Source: Phoronis australis (lineage: Eukaryota > Animalia > Phoronida). Taken from it: a stretch of DNA of 64,000 nucleotides. The stretch is from NCBI GenBank assembly GCA_002633005.1, contig NMRA01000197.1, forward strand, positions 231,351 to 295,350. The letters run 5' to 3'. Both the position numbers and the translations under genes were made by a program. Below, piece by piece: positions 1-11,200 of the stretch; positions within the stretch are counted from its first letter, which is position 1, and each line of letters starts with the position of its first letter. Under the pieces are notes generated by a model. It searched no databases. It had not been told where the DNA came from and saw only the letters and a program-made list of their open reading frames with translations.

Positions 1-1037
1 GCCCGGCATTGCTCACTTGCCGTTGCGCCAAACATGCTCGGCAAAGAAGTAGGCCCAAGACAAGAATCGGGGTTAAGCGGCCGTGTGCCACTCGTCAATC
101 AGGAATAAAATTTCGAGCCACGGCATAAATATGTGATAAAACGCTACAAAACAGCGATGTTTCAATTCATAAACGATCACCTTACCAAACTTCGTGGTGG
201 AAAAACATTTATTTTTCATGCAAGATGTCCAGATTATCCTATTTATATCACTTGCAATATCGCACTGCGGCACTGTTCGGTCCCGTTGTTAGCGCGCAAT
301 GTCTCAGTCGGCTGACAATGGTGACTTGGAAATGCCGTCAAGTAATATAACGGCCTCTTTCGATATGCATCTCATTTTTTATGGCCAAAGATAGCGGCGG
401 GATTCAGCACGCGCGTAGGGCCTACGTGCGAGTCACCTGTCAATCACATGTTGGTGTCAAGGTAACATGCATTCCAAAGTGTGGGAACTTGCACGCGTGC
501 ACCACTACAAAGTCACACATCAAAAGAGAATAGTGACAGTCCTAAGTAACAGAAACGGGCGTGACTATATACTTTTAACCATTATCTCATTTCTCTGGCC
601 TGATTTTTTCGAATATATGTTTTATCAAGTGCATTGCAGACGAAAACTCAGCGCTGCAGACAAAGTTGCTGAAAGCGGAGGTTTTGACGCCGGCGGCGTT
701 GTTAAACTTTGCAAACATGGGAAGAAAATAAAGTGACAAAAACGTTCAACTATTATATTTTGAAGTGAGTCCATGACCCAAGACAATAACTCGTTACTTG
801 TATAATTGCAATTCATATTGCTAAACCACCGTCTCAGAGGCTGCCAACAGTCAACAGGCTAATAGTTTTATGACATAATGAGATGTGGTAAAGGCTTATT
901 GTGACCAAGCAGCAGGGCTAAATTCAATGGACAATTAATTGTGTTCACATTACAGTTAGTAAATTCCAACATAGGACAATGGTAAATTTTTGCCTAGTGT
1001 GCTAGGTTCCTCATGAAATCTCTCTAAATGCCTTTTC

Positions 1038-1450
1038 CAAGGTACCTAAACTACATGGTTAACGAACTCATAAACACGGGCACGGACGCATGAACACGAC
1101 TCACGGACCTGCAAACACCGTCCACTGACTCACAAACACGAGAACGGACTTACAAAACACGATCCACGCACCCAAATACACGGGACACAGACTCATATTC
1201 ACGAGGAAACACGGTTAACGGACCGCCAAACACGGGTCACGGACTCATCGGCTTCCTGGGTCAGCTGGTAAACTGTGTTTGGCGGCCCGCTAACGGTGTT
1301 TCCTCGTGAATATGAGTCCGTGTCCCGTGTATTTGGGTGCGTGGATCGTGTTTTGTGAGTCCGTTTCCGTGTTTGTTAGTCAGTCGATGGTGTTTGCAGG
1401 TCCGTGAGTCGTGTTTATGAGTCTGTTGACCGTGTAGTTTAGGTACCTTG
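1038..1450. mobile_element. Foldback MITE (about 413 bp, long palindromic arms)
   Basis: Termini CAAGGTACCTAAACTAC / GTAGTTTAGGTACCTTG; arms are inverted over about 190 bp; flanked by TTTTC on both sides. Confidence 0.75.
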
Positions 1451-2102
1451 TTTTCCCATGCAGTTCACTTCCAACTGCAGAAGCTTCGATGTTAACTGTA
1501 AGTTAAGCCTTAGTGTTCCTATCAGCTTCAGAGTAATGTTATAGTTCAGTTTTTGCAAGGTGACATTAATATTATCTTTGGTGTTATGGCCTTTGCTGTT
1601 TTTGACAGTGGTTGCCATCAAAAATGGCAAGGACCTCTCCCTCTCAAAAGTTGGAAACAGTAGAATAATGTCGACTTCACAAGGCAGCCAATGGTTGCCA
1701 TGTTGGGACGATGATGATCTACTAGAAAATGACATATTAAAAAATTTGACTGTTGAGCAGGCTAACAGCTGATCCAAACAAAGGCTTTATGAGGTGGTGT
1801 ACACTACACATTCAATGATTTTTTAATGTAAAGAATCCAACACAAACATGAGTAAATTGAAACAGAATGCTTATACTGGTAAAGTAATAATTACCAGAAC
1901 AAAATATTAATATTAGCCAGTCACCAGCCGCTATTGGCAAATACAGGCAGTGACCCCTGCCGATAACTCCGATAGCATCGAAATTAAGAGTTCCCATTTG
2001 AATAATATGTTACAATTTTGCAGGGTGTTTCATTAATAAATCCAACATCAGTACATAACATAATTTATGTTTTTGAATAACTTGAGATTCTATCATTTTT
2101 AG

Positions 2103-2230
2103 GAGTCTTATTTCCACTGGTTGTTTGGCGTCGAAGAACCTGATTGTCTGGGGGCTATAGATGTCGCCACTGGTACAAGCATCCTGTTCATACCTAAACT
2201 TCCACAAGAGTACGCCACTTGGATGGGCGA
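2103..2230 (+). CDS. PEPD: PEPD exon (128 bp)
   Basis: tttttag|GAG...GA|gtaagg; [42 protein letters not shown]. Confidence 0.93.
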
Positions 2231-5200
2231 GTAAGGGAATAATGAAAATGTTGCAAAAAAAAAACAGTTTTCGTCCTATCGTAAAGTGTCACCAGTTTTG
2301 GACAAATAATATAATTGTCAAATATGCCTTTTCTCATTTTTAAGGGCGTCTAACACCGTTGTGATACAAAACTTGAATATGGAAACGCATTTAATTTGGA
2401 GCTACAACTGCATATTTCGTGGAAAAAATTGTCAAGTGAAATTTCTTTGGTTGTCCATATTGTGTCTTAAATTATAGATATTTTACTGTACTGTCTATGT
2501 GCATGAGCTCACAAAAACTGAAACACACAGAGCCAACTGTAACCTTGTTCCAGTTGCCAAGCTCACAGTAAGGGTTGTGTAACTAGAAATTTCCGCTTAA
2601 ATCATCCCGGATTTTTGGTGGTCTTCATAATAAGATAACAGTTCATAAGATTTCCACCACATTATCAGTAATTTTGTACTGCATTCATACATATATGGTA
2701 CAATTATTCCATTTCTTGGGAGTTAGATGCTACAAAATGTACTCGGTAGTTTAGTTGTTAGCGTATAAATTACATGCCAAGAACATTTAATAAATAATAA
2801 GTTGCCTAACATGTAAACAAAAACAAATTAAATTATACCATGGGGTAATTTACAATATTAAGGGATTTCTATTTCAAGAAGAACTTACATCACTAAAGGC
2901 TAAAAAATTTGCTTTTCTCTTAAGGGTTTTATACAACGTATTTTAGAAAATATTATTTTCTTGTAGGATTTATCCTCCGAGTCATTTTCAAGAAAAGTAC
3001 AGCATAAATGAATGTTACCACACTGACGAGGTAGGTATCAGTGAATGTTACCACACTGACGAGGTAGATATCAGTGAATGTTACCACACTGACGAGGTAG
3101 ATATCAGTGAATGTTACCACACTGACGAGGTAGGTATCAGTGAATGTTACCACACTGACGAGGTAGATATCAGTGAATGTTACCACACTGATGAGGTAGG
3201 TATCAGTGAATGTTACCACACTGATGAGGTAGGTATCAGTGAATGTTACCACACTGATGAGGTAGGTATCAGTGAATGTTACCACACTGATGAGGTAGGT
3301 ATCAGTGAATGTTACCACACTGAGGAGGTAGGTATCAGTGAATGTTACCACACTGAGGAGGTAGGCTTTTGCTGTTTCTGAGTTTGATTTTAATGAATGA
3401 CTTTTTAATCTTTCTCACTTTCTTAGAGTTAGAGCAAACTTGAAATTATTATTATTATTAAGGCAACTACTAGGGCATTTTTATTCTCTTTTGGTGGGAT
3501 GGTCATTTGCCAGTTCTAAAAACTGTGGCAGAAATCATGAAGGAGATCAAAATGTGGAATTCTGAATGTTTAAAAATAAAATAGAATTAGTTGATAACCC
3601 TTACTTAAAAAAATTTTTTGTTTACTTTTGGGGGGAAGGTTTTATATTTCGTCTTTAAGCTGTGTGCAACGACTTACACCAAAACAAAACTTGCATCCAG
3701 CCGTAAACCATCAGAAGTGCTCTTCAGGGTATTTTCATGAGTCCTCTACTGATTCAATTATTCCTAGTCTGCTGCTGGCATTCTGTAGTACCGATAAATC
3801 TCACCAATTTCGTACAAAAATAATTGCCAAAATTGCCCTTTTCTTACTTTTAAAGCTGCTCTTACATCTAAGTACCCAGAAGTTTTCAAATTTTGTATGA
3901 TGGTAGATATACAAAATTTGAACATTTTGAATCATTATTTTTGGTGCAATTATAAATTTTATTCGAAAAAAATAGAATTTCAGTTGTCGGTTATACTGTG
4001 TTCTAAATTGATGAATTTTACTGTTAGTTTAATTAGGCATGCTCTGTAATCAATATAGCATTTTTGGTTAAAAAATAAATTCCTATATGCTGTTCATTTA
4101 GTTTTTATTCTGATGGTAGACCTCAGAGTAGAAGGCTGTGTTGCCATGTGTGTCAGTGACCTCTGAACAGAGTATTTAAAGCCTACCGCGAACGGCAATT
4201 TAGGTCTTGTAATAATGTTAAAAAGTTTTTGTCTGACAACACTGAAGTTATAAATTGCATAATGTAATAAATGATGAGGTGTACTTATATCACCATGAGA
4301 ATCGCCAGTTAATTGAAACAGCTGCAAATAACACTTGTTTTGGTGTTCTATTCAATTTCTGTACTTGTAATTCAATAATGCAGTTGTAATTCAGTGCACT
4401 TGTACCCCTGGAGGCCACCACTGTGAATATTCAATAATGCAGTTGTAATTCAGTGCACTTGTACCCCTGGAGGCCACCACTGTGAATATTCAATAATGCA
4501 GTTGTAATTCAGTGCACTTGTACCCCTGGAGGCCACCACTGTGAATATTCAAAACTGCAGCTATCAGCCTCTCTTTGTTTGCTGTACTCGCGCGATGACA
4601 CGATGTTGCACCAAAAGATTATTTCTTGTATCGTTTGACCTGCCTGTGTCTGAGTGATTGAATCGTGTTTTCTTATGTTGAAAAAGCATTTTGCTAGACC
4701 TATCTGGATTATAGCCATGAATAGATAGAGAGAGTAATGATCAGTAGATCAACTAGGGGAACATCACCAGGGCCATGTATCATCTTCTTATGGATGAGCA
4801 CCCATGACAGATCTTAGTTTTGATGTCGAAAAAGACCAGAGAGATTTAAAATGTAGTCTTGGCAGATGTAAATATATTATATACTTGCCCTGTATAGGAT
4901 TTTGCCAGACTTCAGTATAGATGTACTTGGCTTTTCTTTAGTACTTATTAGATTGAGCTCTTGTAGATTTGCGATAGGATGTAGAATAGCATCGTATGCT
5001 TGACTTTTCTGTACTTCCTCAAAGGACCAGTCGAAGATACTGTCCTTGTGGTAGTGGAGCCATTGTTGGATCTCTTTGTTTAAGCAATGCGTTGTAGAAT
5101 AGCCAGAATCTAAGGATTCACCATGGTGAATAATCGCTGCCACAAGGGAGTAGGACTCGTCAGAACTTAGTTGGAAGTGCGGCACTGTGGTTGAAGATTC

Positions 5201-8200
5201 ATCTTTCAATGCATTTCATAGTTTGCTGAATTCTCTGGATGATGAATACATAATGGAGGTGACGACATCTTGGAACTGAATTACATGTGGCTGTTAGACT
5301 GCTTGACCTTTAAGACGACATGTTTGGCATGAGGAGAATTTATCAGTCAATCTTTTACCTCCTGGCGAATTCATCATGTCAAAGATTTTAGGAGTTGGCT
5401 TGGCCCAGTAGTAAGATGTAGTTGATCTGGGAATGATAATGGTGAGGAAAGGCTCTTCAGTGTAACACGAACTCTCTACTTTGGTATAGTGCACTGGTTG
5501 TTATGCTTCTAGACAGACCAGCCCCTTTCTTTAGAAACTTTGTACAAATAGCAAATTCATTCGAAAAAAGGGTTTAAAGGAGGGCCCATAATGTGTGACC
5601 TTTTACTGAGTTTTTAATTTTTTTAGACCGTATCTTGTCACTCTTGTCAGTTGAATACACCATATCGTGCTTCACACTGATCACTGTGACCGTATCTTGT
5701 CACTCTTGTCAGTTGAATGCACCATATCGTGCTTCACACTGATCACTGTGACCGTATCTTGTCACTCTTGTCAGTTGAATGCACCATATCGTGCTTCACA
5801 CTGATCACTGTGATCGTATCTTGTCACTCTTGTCAGTTGAATGCACCATATCATGCTTCACACTGATCACTGTGATCGTATCTTGTCACTCTTGTCAGTT
5901 GAATACACCATATCATGCTTCACACTGATCACTGTGATCGTATCTTGTCACTCTTGTCAGTTGAATGCACCATATCGTGCTTCACACTGATCACTGTGAT
6001 CGTTTGTTTGGTTTTAGATCGCCAGTGTCTTGAAGAAGAAGACTCCATCTGTGTTGCTGACGTTGGTAAGTGCTGCAGTTGTCAGGGGGAGTACACTGCT
6101 ATTTAAAGTTCTATTTAGCATGTGTTTAGATAATATAACTATTACCTTGGGGCATGTTTTACACACTGGCGAGATGAATGCCGAAGGTTTTGGTTTAAAT
6201 TTTGGATCTTGAAACATTTTTGGCATGTGTGTAAAGATTTAAAGAGTGCAGGTATGACTAGTGATTTGTGTCATGGGTTTGTTGTCTGCTGGTCCAACGC
6301 TGTGGCTTCAGGTCCTGAAGAGTTTTTTGACAATTAACATGAGAAAGGATTTAGCTCTTGGCAGTGCACATTTTGTTTTAGATTTCATCTCCTGATGAGG
6401 CCTGTAGCCTGCATCAAAGTATGCCCTGTCCTGTTTCTGATTTGGAATTTAATATTTGCAAAAATGTGCATGAGAAAATGGTGATAACTTTGAATGATCC
6501 TTTAGAATATGGTAAAAATTCTCTAAAATTCTCTAAAGATTTTTCAGAGGCTTAACCTACTGATTGCAAATCCTCAAAATTGTATTACATGTTACAATTA
6601 TTAAAATTTCTTGGTCTATTTACACCGACCTCTTGTCTATTTACACTGTCATGACATTCAGTCGGTCTATTCTTCAGCCATCATCAGTTTTCCCAGTCTA
6701 TTGACAGGCCTGTTGATGGCCGTAGAATAGACCGACCGAAACGTCGTAACAGTATAAATAGACAAGAGGTCGGTGTAAATAGATCAAGAGATTTTAATAA
6801 TAGTTCTAACACGCCACCACCTCAGAGTGGTTTTAGAAAGTCATATTAAATATTGTTTGGTAATAGCTACTGCATTATACAAACCCTGCTCAAAGCAAAG
6901 TATATTGTCCTGAAAAGTTCTATTTATTGAGAAATTTGTCAAAATGACATTTCACCTCCACCATGTTGTGTCCGAACTGAAGAATTTTTACGTTGTTGTC
7001 TATTTAGTTAATATAAAGTCTTGTTTTTGGCAGTATGGTGTCAACTCTGACAGTGGGAAGACTTGTAGAGAGGCTGCCTTTGATGGAATCAGCGAGTGAG
7101 TCATGTCATGGGGATTAGTCACTTTTACAATCAAGATAATTGTTCTGTTGCTTTCAGACTGACACTGTTTGATGGCAATGGATTATTAACTATCTTTAGA
7201 CAGACTTAAGTAAACTTTCTTGGAATAAATATGAAAAAATAATTGGGGTATGTTTTGACAAGATAAAATGTCTGGGTGTGCATAGTTTGACCAGATAAAC
7301 TAATTGGCTGCATAGTTTGGCTTGATCAAGTGACTGCATCACTTAATTACAAATAAATGATTGCATAGTTTGACTACATGAGGTGATTGGCTGCATAGTT
7401 TGACTAGATAAAATGATTGGCTGCATAGTTTGACTAGATAAAGTGATTGGCTGCATAGTTTGACTAGATAAAATGATTGGCTGCATAGTTTAACTAGATA
7501 AAATCATTGGCTGCTTAGTTTAACTAGATAAAATGATTGGCTGCTTAGTTTAACTAGATAAAGTACTCCTACTCTCTTGTTGCCTAACTTGAATACATGA
7601 GTGTGAATAACTTGAATACATGAGTGTGAATAACGTAGTCTTGATTTTGCTATGATTTCACCCTTTGATAATTTATTTTTGAATCTTGTTTCAGATTTAA
7701 CGTCAACAATTCTTTGCTTCATCCTGAGATTGCAGAGTGGTAATTCTGTTTTGTGTCCACTTTCTGGTGACAGAAACAGAAGCACCCATTTTGTTTCTGA
7801 CCAACTCGTCAATAATCGGTTGGATCATTCTGTATTTTTGTAAAACAAAATTGTCAGGTTTTAAAGTGTGTCCAGACATATTTAAAATTATTGAACTTTT
7901 TGTTACTTAGAGTGTGAGATTTGAGTAATTCAAGCAAGTGGTTAGTAAATAGTTAGACCTGAATGATAAAATAACAATGATTATCATAGTGATTATAATA
8001 ACAAATTACTCTTGGTAATGTATGTCTTATAATGATAATTACACGCTTCCTCTGTCAGGAATTCACTCGTTACCTTTTTGTGACCATGGTGAAACTGACT
8101 ACTTAATACGTTTGTAAGGATTTATTCATAAGTTTGGGCATAAAGTATCAGACAAAAGTAATCAGACAAAATACAATTTCCCCAACATATCTAATTGTGT

Positions 8201-11200
8201 GAACAGCAGAAATGACTGGTTATAACTGTAAGGTGGAGAATTTTAGTTATAAAATGACTGGTTATAACTGTAAGGTGGAGAATTATAATTATAAAATGAC
8301 TGGTTATAACTGTAAGGTGGAGAATTTTAATTATAAAATGACTGAACCACTGTATTAACTTTCCCGTTAATTCCTCTACATTCTTTCATTCTCAGTCACG
8401 AGGGCAGACTATTCTTGTGATGAATTGGGCTTCTGCTCAGCCATCATGACGGAGAATTCTTGATTGTTTTGTCTGAATGCGTTTAGCTTGTACGGTCATG
8501 CATAGACAAGTGAAATTTTATTTTCTCTCTTTATATAAAAGATATAGATGTTTCACCGCGTTCATGTTTTGTATTATAGCAACCATCAGAAAATATATTG
8601 AAAAACTGTGGGGATTCACAACATCTTGGAAGATCTTGAAAAATGAAAAAATTGTACTTTTGGGAATTATTTGTGTCTTAAAGTGGTGAGATTTTACCGT
8701 AGTTGGACCAAAGGAAATGTGACGAGTTATTAAGCCTGGTAATGCGTATAATACTAAGTAAATTTGAATATTTCAGTCGTGTGTTCAAAACAGACTTGGA
8801 GCTTGAAGTGCTGCGCTACACCAACCGAGTGAGCAGCGAGGCTCATAGGGAGTTGATGAGATCAATGAAGCCTGGTGTTTATGAGTACCAGATGGAGAGG
8901 TGAGTGAGCAGCGAGGCTCATAGGGAGTTGATGAGATCAATGAAGCCTGGTGTTTATGAGTACCAGATGGAGAGGTGAGTGAGCAGCGAGGCTCGTAGGG
9001 AGTTGATGAGATCAATGAAGCCTGGTGTTTATGAGTACCAGATGGAGAGGTGAGTGAGCAGCGAGGCTCATAGGGAGTTGATGAGATCAATGAAGCCTGG
9101 TGTTTATGAGTACCAGCATATGGAGAAGTGAGTGACACTCTCATGAAAAAGTAGTGTCATTGACTAGTACCTGAGTGTGAATACCGTACACTCTTATCAT
9201 GATTATATCTGGGCATTTCTAAATAATGCAATAACTCCATATTTTGTCATAGACTTTACTTTTAGTTTGAGGCACTTGCCATTATAAAATTGGACCTATT
9301 TCAAGACTTTATAAAACTATTGGTTGAGATGATGCTTGGCACAGGAATAACCAGCCGGGTCGAACCAATATGTTTAGTCTGGTCTCAAGGAATAATGAGC
9401 TCTATCAGTTCTCAATCTTGTAAATCACTTTCAGTCTTAGCAAGGAATAAAATGGGACAAGCATTATGATCAAGTTTCTTTAAGTGAAAGTTAGTCTTTA
9501 GAAAGTCGGTTTATGTCAGCCTTAAAGGAGAATGCCACCCGATTTATATGTCTTTTTTGCCGTCTTAATCGGTCTATATCCACATCGCCTTGCATACTGT
9601 CGACCTTACCTTGCCGAGAGGTGTCGCGTTAACCTGTGAGGAAGGTGAGAAACGACGCAGCGACGTCAGTGGTTCATTTGCAGAGTTAATGCCGCTATGT
9701 TGCGGTGCATCGTTCCCGCTTGTCCGAACTATGCAACTGCGAGGAAAGCGGGTATATCGTTTTTTGACTTCCCCGAGAGTCCGAAATGCTTAGGAAATGT
9801 AGGAAATGGCTCGAGGTAGTGAAGAATTAAAAGTAAGCTGTAAATAGCAAGTATGAGGCCGTGAAACATCTCCGTGTCTGTGGCCTGCAGTCGTCGTGGA
9901 ACAGGGCCTGACGAATGCCGGCTTACCATACGTTCCATTGTCTGAGCTTGTTCACGGCGCCTCTCTAGTATTACTTCATCACTGTATTCCTGTTCGAACT
10001 GACAGCCTGTGAAACTTAACGATCCACCTGCGAAGTCTTCGTTGGGATGAGCTTGGAAGGGCGGGATTGCGAGTTGCCGTGTTGACGTTTATTACTGAGC
10101 GTTCTGTTTCAAAATTAATTATTCTCACCCTTATACCAATACTTATATGAAACTGAAACAAAGTCTGTCTCATTAGATACAATTTGGAATGCCTTTGGAG
10201 TGTTTGTGAGTGCAAATAATTTGAGAAGCCAGCAATGAATAAATCACTGCGTTAACGGCTTCATGTGTAATATAACTATTGACAGGACACCAAGACCGCG
10301 TGCCAAGCTTATGCTAATTCAGTGTTTGCTGACACACTCGAACTGTTGTGAAGCAACTCGATTTCTATCCCATGGCCAGGTGTTAGGGGAATCTTTATTT
10401 ACATTTACAATATCCAAATAATGATTGTCAATGTCACGGTAAAACTTCTGCCGTGACGGTTCTGTGGCCAAAGCGGAACCTGACTTCGCGGCCCCCGACG
10501 AGTAGATTTGCAGTTTCGTGGCTAATTCACCAGCATAATCACGTGCACTTCTTTGGCTCACTAGTATTTCTTGACTGGAAGTTTAGTTTCCAACTTTTGA
10601 TGGTTTATGTCCGTGATGTCTGACGGATCGTCTTCCAAGCCACTGGCCGGGATAACGAGTCAGTCCCGTCGGCCGCTGGCGACGGGCCTGACCGGGCTCC
10701 AAGCTACTGGCCAGGATAACAATCGTTTTGTGTGTTTAGAACTCAACAAATAACAAGTCTAAACAACACAGATCTAAGTTCTCCTGTCTGTATCTCACGG
10801 CAAAATACTTAGAATTTATCTCCGAACAGACCCCAAACCCCTGCTGCGGACCTTATTAGCCTGCGGAACTTAGTAGGCTACGGTGTGTCCGTAACAGCGA
10901 AATAAAACAGCACGTTTTTATAAAAACTCGGTGTATTTTTAAGGGTCTTACATCGAAGTTTGACGATTTATTGGAGTTAAACGATGAATTCAAGTGATTA
11001 ACTGACACCAGTAACCCGTGTTGTGAACTGCTGAACAGACTGCGTGTGAAACCCATTACGTCATTGGATAATTTCAACACCTCCATCTGCCGTCAGGTGT
11101 CAGGTAACGCAACCGTACGTGCCCTTATGGAGTAGAACTACTCGATCAAAATTGATACAAATTAGGTTGTTTTTTGGGTGGCATGCTCCTTTAACTATAC

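Noticed and set aside
1-830. CpG-richer segment at the window start as a PEPD promoter or exon
   Set aside because: No PEPD-like coding sequence in any listed frame; probably a transposon interior whose ends cannot be defined here.
2953-3351. 132-aa repetitive ORF on the - strand (VVTFTDTYL..)
   Set aside because: Antisense reading of the 33-bp VNTR that overlaps a real + strand PEPD exon; it stays open only because the period is a multiple of 3.
8785-9144. 119-aa repetitive ORF on the - strand
   Set aside because: Antisense reading of the 75-bp duplication of a PEPD exon end.
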